From NCBI GenBank assembly GCA_964247135.1, contig CAXTTL010000059.1, positions 1-21,894 on the forward strand: 21,894 bases of DNA. The letters run 5' to 3'. Under the pieces are notes generated by a model. The model was given only the letters and a program-made list of their open reading frames with translations. It was not told the DNA's origin and made no database searches. Position numbers and translations under genes: made by a program. The stretch comes from an uncultured Deinococcales bacterium. GTDB taxonomy: Bacteria > Deinococcota > Deinococci > Deinococcales > JAAFIG01. Positions 1-8,011 of this stretch are shown in pieces; the first letter of the stretch is position 1; each line of letters starts with the position of its first letter.

Positions 1-506
1 ATTGGATTTGAAGACCCAGCAAGGCTTTGGTCGGTTTGGGGAAATGGTATTTCTGGGGCGGCAATGGCAAGCCAAGGCAAAGCAATCAGGTAAATAAGGG
101 CTGTACCAATCAGAACCGCCACAAAAATAAGCTGAGGTTTGCGTGCCCAACCGCGATCTGCCAAATAGCCAATCGCAAAAGCCGCCACCAACGCCCCGAC
201 AAAATAACCTGCGTTTGGTAAAACCAATTTATGCCAACCGCTTAGCAAACCAGCCAAGACGGGCAAGCCGATGGCAGCCTCGAAAAAGTACAGTAAAAGC
301 GCCAAAATGGCGCGTTTGGCACCAAAAAACAACGCCACCAAAAATACCCCCAAGGTAAAACCCGTGATCGGCGAAGGTCCTGAACCAACCGATATTTGTG
401 CCAAGACAGCGATCAAAGCGCTCGAGCCAAAAGCCACCAGGAGGTCTTCTAAAATCCCAGATTCAGGAAAAAAACGTTGTCCCAAAAGCACCGATTCATT
501 TTTCAT
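1..506 (-). CDS. bioY: BioY-family biotin transporter (ECF S-component), 3' end runs off the window
   Basis: Not in the ORF track. Manual translation from ATG at 506 (GAAGG upstream) is open to position 1: MKNESVLLGQRFFP...LIAVLAQISVGSGPSPITGFTLGV...LLLYFFEAAIGLPVLAG...NAGYFVGALVAAFAIGYLADRGW...IYLIALPWL. This matches BioY motifs AQIS..P.PIT.QT, Y..G..GLPV.AG and GY..GF. Confidence 0.8.
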   Translation of the reverse strand, partial: MKNESVLLGQRFFPESGILEDLLVAFGSSALIAVLAQISVGSGPSPITGFTLGVFLVALFFGAKRAILALLLYFFEAAIGLPVLAGLLSGWHKLVLPNAGYFVGALVAAFAIGYLADRGWARKPQLIFVAVLIGTALIYLIALPWLAIAAPEIPFPQTDQSLAGSSNP

Positions 507-592
507 AAACACAACCTTCACAGCTGATTCTCGAGTTATACGTCACGACCCAGCCCATTTTTTGTTTGCACTTTTTCAATTTTGGTAGATTC

Positions 593-630
593 GTGGAATG
601 TGAATTTGGTACATCAGTGGAATGTGAATT
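593..630. repeat. 14-bp direct repeat GTGGAATGTGAATT x2 upstream of bioY
   Basis: Exact copies at 593-606 and 617-630 (24-bp period) in the lacI-bioY intergenic region. Confidence 0.7.
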
Positions 631-724
631 GGGCAGAGTGTACCTCGATTTTGACTCGAGTTGTGGTCATAAGCCGCAGACACGATTTCACAGACGTTTA
701 GGAACGGCAAAACTGAACTTTGGC

Positions 725-740
725 AGCTCAAGCTTGAGCT
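725..740. other. Perfect 16-bp palindrome AGCTCAAGCTTGAGCT just downstream of the lacI stop (possible terminator or operator)
   Basis: Self-complementary sequence 11 nt past the lacI stop. No clear U-tract, so the function is uncertain. Confidence 0.35.
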
Positions 741-751
741 TGTCATTTGTT

Positions 752-1759
752 TTATTTTTTGAGTTGTTTACGAAAATTTTTGGCAACGGTACTGCCGCGC
801 ACGATCAATTCTGTTTCAATCAAGGTTTCAGCCGTGCTCCGTGCCAGCAGCGACTCGAGTCCAACCCTGCCCAACAGTTCTTTATTCACCCGAACGGTGG
901 TCAGCGGCGGATGGGCGTGTGCGGCGGCATGAATGTCATCAAAACCAACGAAGGCAATGTCTTCGGGGATTCGCAATCCAGCCTCCAGACAGACTTGCAT
1001 TGCCCAAAGCGCCGATTGGTCATTGACGACAAACACCGCGTCTGGACGAGGCTCGAGTTTTAAGAGTTGGCGCATCGCCGCCTCCGTGCCTGCTGGGGTG
1101 AAGGCTGGCTCGGGGGTCATTTCCAGGGTTGGGTCGGCTGGCACGCCCGCATCGAAAAGTGCTTGTCTGAAACCATAAAGTCGCTGTTGAATCGAGTGGT
1201 GGTTGGGACCGCCCATAAAAGCAATTCGTTTATAACCACTTTGCAGCAAGTGCGCGACCGCCTTTTTGGCACCGTTGATGTTGTCCATGTTGACGCTGGC
1301 GATGCCTGGCGAGAAGTGATCGATCAGCACCAACGGCAGACCAATCGCGGCGATGCGTTCCATCAGTTTTGGCTCGAAGTAACCGGCGCACAACAAACCG
1401 TCCGCCTCGTGGCGACGCACGATTTCAACCGCCCTATCTCCTGGGCGCAACGATGTGTACGAGAGCACAATCTCCTCGTCGCGGCAGGCGTCCTCGACCC
1501 CGTGCAGAACGGGTGAGTAAAACGGGTTGATGGTCAAATCGGGCAACCGAGAGGTTAAAAAACTGACGCGTCTGAGCTTGTTGGGGCGTAAATTTGTGGT
1601 GTCGTAACCAAGCTCGAGGGCGGAGCGCAAGACTTGTTGGCGGGTTTGTTCGGTCAGACCAGCTTGGTTCTTGAGTGCCCTCGAGACTGTGCCAATCGAA
1701 ACACCAGCCCGCCTGGCGACATCGCGGATGGTGACTGAACTGCTTTCGGAGGCTCGCAT
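752..1759 (-). CDS. LacI-family transcriptional regulator
   Basis: N-terminal HTH VTIRDVARRAGVSIGTVSRAL and periplasmic-binding-like C-terminus (PDAVFVVND, IPEDIAFVGFDD, PPLTTV). Divergent from the mannosidase. Confidence 0.95.
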   Translation of the reverse strand: MRASESSSVTIRDVARRAGVSIGTVSRALKNQAGLTEQTRQQVLRSALELGYDTTNLRPNKLRRVSFLTSRLPDLTINPFYSPVLHGVEDACRDEEIVLSYTSLRPGDRAVEIVRRHEADGLLCAGYFEPKLMERIAAIGLPLVLIDHFSPGIASVNMDNINGAKKAVAHLLQSGYKRIAFMGGPNHHSIQQRLYGFRQALFDAGVPADPTLEMTPEPAFTPAGTEAAMRQLLKLEPRPDAVFVVNDQSALWAMQVCLEAGLRIPEDIAFVGFDDIHAAAHAHPPLTTVRVNKELLGRVGLESLLARSTAETLIETELIVRGSTVAKNFRKQLKK

Positions 1760-1768
1760 GATTTAGGG

Positions 1769-1777
1769 ATTGTAACA
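1769..1777 (-). promoter_or_regulatory. Extended -10 (TGtTACAAT) 9 nt upstream of the lacI ATG, implying a near-leaderless transcript
   Basis: Minus strand reads TGTTACAAT-CCCTAAATC-ATG with no Shine-Dalgarno. Confidence 0.45.
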
Positions 1778-1880
1778 GAAGTTGCTTGTGTTTTAGCAAC
1801 AAGAGAAAATGAAGCTTGCCAGATAAGCAATGATCGATTTTGATTAACTGCTTGCCAGTCGGAATATTTTTCGCTTCTGT

Positions 1881-1910
1881 TTGACACTTTAGGGCAAGAA
1901 GTGATAGCTT
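1881..1910 (+). promoter_or_regulatory. Sigma70-type promoter for the mannosidase operon
   Basis: TTGACA (1881-1886), 18 nt, TAGCTT (1905-1910) preceded by TGn. RBS AGGAG at 1935-1939. Confidence 0.6.
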
Positions 1911-1946
1911 TTGAATACTCAGTTTACTAAATTCAGGAGTTGTCCA

Positions 1947-4418
1947 ATGACAGAACGTTCACTCGAGCAAGATTGGAAGTTGAAACGCCGCAACCACAAA
2001 GTCAGCCTGGAAAGTGATTTTGCCACCACTGAAAATTGGCTGCCGACCACCGCCCCCAGCACGGTCTATCAAACCTTGTTTGATGCGGGCGTGATTCCCG
2101 ATCCGTTTTACAACACCAACGAGTTGAACGTTCAGTGGGTCGGCGAGGCGGACTGGTTGTACAAGCTCGAGTTTGATGCCAGCAAAACCGAAAAAAACCC
2201 CTGGTTGTGCTTCGACGGGTTGGACACCTTTGCCACGGTCTGGCTGAACGGCTTGCAAATTTTAAAGACACAGAACATGTTTGTGCCAGAGCGGGTTGAG
2301 GTGACACTGCAAGAAAAAAATACCTTGCATATTTTGTTTGAAAGTGCCTGGTTCAAAGGACGCGAGCTTGAAGCCGCCAACGGCGGCAAACGCCCCCTTT
2401 GGAATGGCGACTCGAGCCGTTTGTACGTGCGCAAAGCCCAGTACCATTATTCTTGGGATTGGGGTCCAAAATTGGTCGATCTGGGTTTGTGGCGCCCTGT
2501 CAGACTCGAGACGTTCAGCGCCAGAATCAGTGAGTGGCATTGCAGACCCGAATTGAACGCAAGTCTTGATGCCGCAAAATTGTCCGTTTCGGTCAAGCTC
2601 GAGGGCGCAATACAGGGCGCAAAACTGGTGCTGTCGTTGCTCGACCCAAATGGCAGCGAGTTGTCCAAATCGGTGCTCGACGCGAACCATCAAGTCGAGC
2701 ATGGGTTCTTACTCGAGCAACCCGAACTCTGGTATCCGCACCTGTACGGCGATCAACCGCTGTACACCGTGATTCTCGAGTTGGTGCGCGGCGGGCAACA
2801 TCTGGATTTCAAAACCCAAAAAATTGGCTTGCGGCAAATCCGCGTGGTTCAGGAAGCGGTTGCGGACGAGGCAGGCTCGAGTTTTTATTTTGAGGTCAAC
2901 GGCATTGCCATGCTTATGGGCGGCGCCAATTGGATTCCTGACGATTTGATGCTGACCCGCGTGACCCGCCAACGTTATGCCCAGCGAATCGCTCAGACCA
3001 AAGCCGCCAACATGCAAATGCTGCGCGTCTGGGGCGGCGGGATTTACGAGGACGATGCCTTTTACGAACTCTGCGACGAGGCTGGCATTTTGGTCTGGCA
3101 AGATTTTATGTTCGGTTGCGGGATTTACCCAGGGCATCCAGAATTTATCCAAAACGTCAAACTCGAGGCGGTCGCCAACATCAAACGCTTGCGGCATCAT
3201 CCGTGCCTGGCAATCTGGACGGGCAACAACGAAGATTATCCTCTGGCGTTCGGGCAGGGTTTGTACAAAGCCGATTTGCCACCCGAAGAAAACCCAGAAA
3301 TGCCCGCCCGAGTCATTTACGAGCGTCTGCTGCCGGAATTGCTGCAAGAACTCGACCCTGAGCGCTATTACCAACCTGGCAGCCCGTTTTATGGCAAGTA
3401 CCCCGACGATCCGAGCATCGCCGACCGTCACACCTGGGACGTTTGGGGTGGTATGGCGCGTCCTTACCGCGATTACATCAAACTCGAGGGACGGTTTGTC
3501 AGCGAATTCGGCATGGCGAGCGCCGCGCACCTCGAGACGCTCGAGGCGGTTTTACCCCCAGAGGAACGCCATCCGCAGAGTCGTGGATTTGAGCACCACA
3601 TGAAAGCTGGCGAGGGGATGCGACGCCTGAATGCCTACATCACCGACACGCAAAAACTGCCGACAAATCTTGCCGAATTTGTTTACGCCACGCAACTGGT
3701 GCAAAGCGAGGCGATGGATTGCGCCTACCGAATTTGGCGACGGCGTTGGGGCGTGGCGGGCAAACGCGCCGTCGGTGGCGCTTTGGTCTGGCAGATCAAC
3801 GATTGCTGGGCGGTCAGCTCCTGGGCAATCATCGACTCGAGCGCCACGCCAAAGCCAGCCTATTACATGATCAAACGCGCCCTCGCGCCAGTCAGCATCA
3901 ACCTTTGGACCGATGGATCGGTCTGGGCGTTAAACACTAGCCTCGAGCTTATACACTGCACACTCGAGCTTCGAGCCTTGAACTTGTCTGGGAGTGAGCT
4001 GAACTTTGAAAGCCGCGAGGTCGTGATTCCTGCCAACAGCGTGCTCGAGTTGGGCGTGTTTGCACCACAGCATGAGGGCGCCGTGGTGATTGCCGCAAGG
4101 TTGCTGACGGGAAATACGGTCGTTGCCCGTCATAGCTTGTTTCCAGAGCCGTTCAAATATTTTGACTTTCAAGCCCCAGAAGTAGAACTTCATTGGCAGG
4201 ATAAAAACTTGCGAATCTCGAGTCGTAAACCGGTCAAAGGCGTGTTCATTCATGGCTTAAACTTATCTGACAACATGTTTGATCTGATTCCTGGCGACGT
4301 CCAAACCATTGCCCTCTTGAGCATCCCCAAAAGCCTACCCAAAAGCTTGAAAGTCCAGTGGCTCGGTGGTTCGGGCGTGTTAACTGTAAAGCGTGAAGAA
4401 CTTGTCACCCACGACTAA
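1947..4418 (+). CDS. Glycoside hydrolase family 2 beta-mannosidase
   Basis: Motifs FDGLDTFATVWLNG, RKAQYHYSWDWGP, GANWIP, RVWGGGIYE, WQDFMFGC, WTGNNE (acid/base Glu), RFVSEFG (nucleophile Glu) and WQINDCW. Start moved from 1911 to ATG 1947 because of AGGAG at 1935. No signal peptide. Confidence 0.92.
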   Translation: MTERSLEQDWKLKRRNHKVSLESDFATTENWLPTTAPSTVYQTLFDAGVIPDPFYNTNELNVQWVGEADWLYKLEFDASKTEKNPWLCFDGLDTFATVWLNGLQILKTQNMFVPERVEVTLQEKNTLHILFESAWFKGRELEAANGGKRPLWNGDSSRLYVRKAQYHYSWDWGPKLVDLGLWRPVRLETFSARISEWHCRPELNASLDAAKLSVSVKLEGAIQGAKLVLSLLDPNGSELSKSVLDANHQVEHGFLLEQPELWYPHLYGDQPLYTVILELVRGGQHLDFKTQKIGLRQIRVVQEAVADEAGSSFYFEVNGIAMLMGGANWIPDDLMLTRVTRQRYAQRIAQTKAANMQMLRVWGGGIYEDDAFYELCDEAGILVWQDFMFGCGIYPGHPEFIQNVKLEAVANIKRLRHHPCLAIWTGNNEDYPLAFGQGLYKADLPPEENPEMPARVIYERLLPELLQELDPERYYQPGSPFYGKYPDDPSIADRHTWDVWGGMARPYRDYIKLEGRFVSEFGMASAAHLETLEAVLPPEERHPQSRGFEHHMKAGEGMRRLNAYITDTQKLPTNLAEFVYATQLVQSEAMDCAYRIWRRRWGVAGKRAVGGALVWQINDCWAVSSWAIIDSSATPKPAYYMIKRALAPVSINLWTDGSVWALNTSLELIHCTLELRALNLSGSELNFESREVVIPANSVLELGVFAPQHEGAVVIAARLLTGNTVVARHSLFPEPFKYFDFQAPEVELHWQDKNLRISSRKPVKGVFIHGLNLSDNMFDLIPGDVQTIALLSIPKSLPKSLKVQWLGGSGVLTVKREELVTHD

Positions 4419-7400
4419 AACCCCACCCAACAAACCCCTCGCGCGGCGACTCGAGCCTGCGGCGGGTAAAAATTTGGGCGGGGCTTGGTTTGTGGCGCCG
4501 TTCTTTGCGTTGTTTTTGGGATTTGGCGCGTTTGGTTTGTTGTTTTCGTTGTTTGTTTCGTTTCATGTCTGGGACCCCGTGCAAGGCACCGGCGAATTCT
4601 TGTTCAGGGGTTTGCGCCCGTACTGGCTGGTGTTTACCGACCCACCGTATTGGGCGGCAATGCTGCGTACCTTGCAGGATGGTCTGCCTGGTGTGATCTT
4701 GCAGCATTTGGTGGCAATGCCAATTGCGTTCGCACTGTTTTTGGTGTTCAGGCGTGCCCTGGGTCAACTCGGCGTGACCTTTTTTCTGCCCTACATCGCC
4801 TCGCCCGTGGCACTCTCGGCGGCATTGGGTTTGTTGCTGCGCCTGGTCAGCTCGCCACTCGAGGATGTGTTTGGCTTGCTGCGCGACCTGCCAATACTCG
4901 GTTCGATCCTGCCATACCGTTTCTCGGGTTTTGATAACTTGGACGCTTTTGGTCTGGTCTGGAATGCCGTGGGTTGGAATGTTTTGTTGTACCTGATGGC
5001 GCTGAGCGCCATTCCCCGCAGTGTGCTCGAGGCGGCACAGCTCGATGGCGCAGGTTTTTGGATGCAACTGCGAAAAATCGCTTTTCCCGTGGCACGACCA
5101 ATGGTTTTTATGGCTTTCAGCATGAGTTTGGTCACGGGCTTGCAAGCCAACGCCTGGCGTGCCAGTTACAGCGATTTTGATACCATTCGCCTGCCTGGTT
5201 ATATTTACGGCACGGCGTTCAAGTACGCCAACTTCGGACTCTCGAGCACCATGACCTGGGTATTTTTTTTGGTCATGCTGGGCTTCATTGGCATTGCGTA
5301 CTGGTTGTTTGGGCGCAATTTTAGCGCCATCGAAACCCCCGCCAACCTCGAGTCAGACCATGCGCCCTTGCGTTTGCCCGCCGTCACGACGTTGGTGATT
5401 AAGGTGGCGGTGGCGTTCGGCGTGTTCTTCAGCGTTTACCCTTTGCTGCTACTTTTTTTTCAAGCCACGCAAACTGCCGGCGGCGATTCGACCCAGTTAA
5501 GCCTTGGCGATGCCGCCAGCTACAATTACAGCTTGTTGCTCGAGCGCGTTCCAGAATTCTGGCGCAACCTTTGGAACAGCATTTACGTCTCGAGCCTCGC
5601 CAGCATTTTTGCCGTGGTCAGCAGCGCCCTGGCAGGTTTTGCCTTTGCCGCGCTCGAGTTTAAATTCAAGCGACTTTTGTTTGGCGTGGTGCTCGGAATT
5701 ATCGTTTTCCCTGCCATGTCCAACGCCATTCCGCATTTACTCGAGATGCGAATTTTGGACTGGATTGACACGCCCCGCGCCCTGTGGTTGCCCGCCAGCG
5801 TCAGCGCCATCGGCGTTTTTCTGGTGCGCCAGTACAGCCTCAACGCCCTGCCCAAAACCATGCTCGAGGCGGCAAGAATTGATGGCGCGAACGATGTTGC
5901 GATTTTTTGGCGCATCGGTTTACCGCTGATGACGCCAGTCCTGACCACGGTTGGTTTGCTGACCTTCGTCAGTTCTTGGAATCACCTCGAGGCTGCGATT
6001 TTACTGATGCGTTCCGAAGCCACGCGCCTCTTGCCGCAAGCCCTGGCGTTCTTGGGTGGCGATGCCCGAGACGCGGCGGTGATGGGCGCTGCGATTGCCT
6101 TGATCCCACCGCTCATCGTGTATTTCATCGCCTCTGGACAACTGGGGGCAGGTTTTGGACTTGGCTCGAGTTCTCGGTGGACTGGGATTTTCAAAAACTG
6201 GCGGCGGGGTATTCAAACCCGCCAAACCAGCCGTCAACAACCTCAAGACTCGGGTTTTGTGCTCAGCGGTGCGGATGGCGTGCGGGCGGTGGCGTGTTTG
6301 ATGGTGGTTTTCAGCCATTTGGCGCAACGCCTCGAGATGCCCAAGCAGGCAAGCTGGATTCAGGAGATTCAACAATTTTTGATGACCGGCGCTTACGGCG
6401 TCAGCGCCTTTTTTGTGCTTTCGGGAATGCTGCTCTCGATTCCGTTCTGGCGTCGTTATCTGGACGGCTTGCCGCTGCCGTCGTTCAAAGATTATGCGCG
6501 TCGCCGTTTTCTGCGCATCGCCCCAGGCTTTTACGTCAGCCTGATCGTGACGTTTATCATCGCTCGGGCGCTCGAGCCAGGGGATTTCATGTGGTTGCGG
6601 CTTTTTAGTGGTTTGACGTTCACGACCGCATTTCATTACGTGACGTTTTTTCCGGTCGAACTGAACGGTCCACTTTGGAGCATCGGTTTTGAGGTGTTTT
6701 GTTACGCCTTGATGCCGACATTCATGATTGGTTTGTTTGTGCTCGCCAAAAAAATTCAGGCGAACAACAACCACAGCACCCGCACGGTCACTCGAGAAAC
6801 CACCCGCACCGTCTTCAGAGGCGAGACGCAAATTGTCACGCGCAGCGTCAGCAAAACGACCATTCGCAGCAAGAGCAAAAACCTGCTCGAGCAAGCCGTT
6901 CCAGGCTCGCCAAGTTTGGCATTTGCGTACTGGGTTGGCGTGCTGATTCTGGCAATTTTGGCGCACCAATGGATTTTGACCCATCTTGTCCCAGACAGCG
7001 TCGACCGCAGTTGGAACAACGGTCTGATCGGCGGCGCGAAATTCTGGATGCCCAATTACAACCCGGTCGGTTTGTTCGCCCAGTATTGCATCGGTGTTTT
7101 GACGGCTGGGGTGATCGCGTATTGGCAAAAACGATTGAAGAACCTCGAGCGACCCATTCAAATTCCAGCGCTCAATTGGGTTGCCGTTGGCGCATTTGCG
7201 GCGGCACTGGCGCTGGTTTGGAACATGCGTCACGTGGGCGAATTCAGTTTCAGTTTGGGTTCGCAGCCCTATGCCTTCCCATTTTTTGCCGTTCTGATCG
7301 GCACGGTGCTGGCGGCAACCCCGTTCAGCTCTTGGGCGAAAACCATCATTGACAACCGTTTCACGCGTTACACCGCCAAGATTTCGTTTGGACTCTACAT

Positions 7401-7620
7401 CTGGCATTACCCGACCCTCGAGCTGGTGAGGTTGTTGCACAACAGCGATTACCATTATTTTGGCATCTCGGGTTTTGGGTATTGGGCGGTGTTGACGGGT
7501 CTGGTGTTGAGTCTGGCGTACTGGGTGGCAAGTTTGTCTTACACGCACCTCGAGAGTCCATTCTTAAAAGAAATCCGTCGCGTCAAACCAAAACCTTCAG
7601 CCAAACTCGAGACAACGTGA
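4393..7620 (+). CDS. Fusion protein: two carbohydrate ABC permease domains (MalF-like + MalG-like) plus an acyltransferase-3 (OafA-like) domain
   Basis: Two EAA loops (SVLEAAQLDGA near 5020-5052; TMLEAARIDGA near 5857-5889) in hydrophobic domains, then AT3 motifs DGVRAVACLMVVFSH, GVSAFFVLSG, RRRFLRIAP, LWSIGFEVFCY and ISFGLYIWHYP. Single uninterrupted frame. The GTG start overlaps the mannosidase end and is uncertain. Confidence 0.85.
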   Translation: MKNLSPTTKTPPNKPLARRLEPAAGKNLGGAWFVAPFFALFLGFGAFGLLFSLFVSFHVWDPVQGTGEFLFRGLRPYWLVFTDPPYWAAMLRTLQDGLPGVILQHLVAMPIAFALFLVFRRALGQLGVTFFLPYIASPVALSAALGLLLRLVSSPLEDVFGLLRDLPILGSILPYRFSGFDNLDAFGLVWNAVGWNVLLYLMALSAIPRSVLEAAQLDGAGFWMQLRKIAFPVARPMVFMAFSMSLVTGLQANAWRASYSDFDTIRLPGYIYGTAFKYANFGLSSTMTWVFFLVMLGFIGIAYWLFGRNFSAIETPANLESDHAPLRLPAVTTLVIKVAVAFGVFFSVYPLLLLFFQATQTAGGDSTQLSLGDAASYNYSLLLERVPEFWRNLWNSIYVSSLASIFAVVSSALAGFAFAALEFKFKRLLFGVVLGIIVFPAMSNAIPHLLEMRILDWIDTPRALWLPASVSAIGVFLVRQYSLNALPKTMLEAARIDGANDVAIFWRIGLPLMTPVLTTVGLLTFVSSWNHLEAAILLMRSEATRLLPQALAFLGGDARDAAVMGAAIALIPPLIVYFIASGQLGAGFGLGSSSRWTGIFKNWRRGIQTRQTSRQQPQDSGFVLSGADGVRAVACLMVVFSHLAQRLEMPKQASWIQEIQQFLMTGAYGVSAFFVLSGMLLSIPFWRRYLDGLPLPSFKDYARRRFLRIAPGFYVSLIVTFIIARALEPGDFMWLRLFSGLTFTTAFHYVTFFPVELNGPLWSIGFEVFCYALMPTFMIGLFVLAKKIQANNNHSTRTVTRETTRTVFRGETQIVTRSVSKTTIRSKSKNLLEQAVPGSPSLAFAYWVGVLILAILAHQWILTHLVPDSVDRSWNNGLIGGAKFWMPNYNPVGLFAQYCIGVLTAGVIAYWQKRLKNLERPIQIPALNWVAVGAFAAALALVWNMRHVGEFSFSLGSQPYAFPFFAVLIGTVLAATPFSSWAKTIIDNRFTRYTAKISFGLYIWHYPTLELVRLLHNSDYHYFGISGFGYWAVLTGLVLSLAYWVASLSYTHLESPFLKEIRRVKPKPSAKLETT

Positions 7621-7622
7621 AG

Positions 7623-7961
7623 ATGTTCGAGTTGCGCGAGTGGACGATTGCGCCAGATGATTTCGATCAAGCGCCAGTGCATACGCACCTCAGTTCGGAC
7701 GAGGTGTTTTATGTGCTCGAGGGAGAACTCGAGTTTTTACTGGGTTTTGAACGCAAGACTTTTGGCGCTGGTTCAACCGTCTACATTCCACAAGGCATGG
7801 CACATACTTTTGCCAACACCAGCCGACACCAAGCTCGAGTCTTGGTCATCATGACCCCAGAGATTGCTGCTTTGATTGATGCTTTGCACCAGCCAGACTT
7901 GAGTGCTGTTGAACGCAATGCGGTTTGGGCGCGTTTCAATTCCGTTCTTGAAAAACCTTAA
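7623..7961 (+). CDS. Cupin domain protein
   Basis: HTH...DEVFYVLEGELEF and YIPQGMAHTFAN cupin motifs. Start is ATG 7623 or the in-frame GTG 7617 overlapping the upstream stop (GTGA), not 7482. Confidence 0.85.
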   Translation: MFELREWTIAPDDFDQAPVHTHLSSDEVFYVLEGELEFLLGFERKTFGAGSTVYIPQGMAHTFANTSRHQARVLVIMTPEIAALIDALHQPDLSAVERNAVWARFNSVLEKP

Positions 7962-7995
7962 ATGAAACTGGCTCGAACGTGCCGCTCGAGCCAGT
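7960..7995 (-). terminator. Hairpin between the convergent cupin and lipoprotein genes, likely an intrinsic terminator for the minus-strand operon
   Basis: Perfect 10-bp stem ACTGGCTCGA (7967-7976) / TCGAGCCAGT (7986-7995), followed on the minus strand by TTCATTT. Confidence 0.6.
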
Positions 7996-8011
7996 GAAAG
8001 CATTGTTCGAT

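Noticed and set aside
593-630. Direct repeat as a CRISPR remnant
   Set aside because: Only two 14-bp units with a 10-bp spacer, and no cas genes.
27-1063. Plus-strand ORFs 27-221, 143-358, 271-588 and 566-1063
   Set aside because: They lie antisense to bioY or lacI, with no RBS or domain evidence.
1781-1932. LacI operator candidates GTTGCT-N8-AGCAAC (1781-1800) and half-site GTTTACTAA (1922-1930)
   Set aside because: Neither forms a convincing CG-centred LacI palindrome, and they cannot be distinguished from chance without orthologous promoters.
5347-6170. CTCGAG sites at both domain junctions of the permease-AT3 fusion as evidence of motif-mediated gene fusion
   Set aside because: With one site per about 165 bp and a bias toward unconstrained linkers, this coincidence is expected.
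6001-7548. 515-aa minus-strand ORF and other long shadow ORFs (2709-3530, 4405-5145, 5907-6608, 13933-14712, 19932-20597)
   Set aside because: They overlap well-supported genes, lack recognisable motifs, and have the composition of antisense or off-frame translations.
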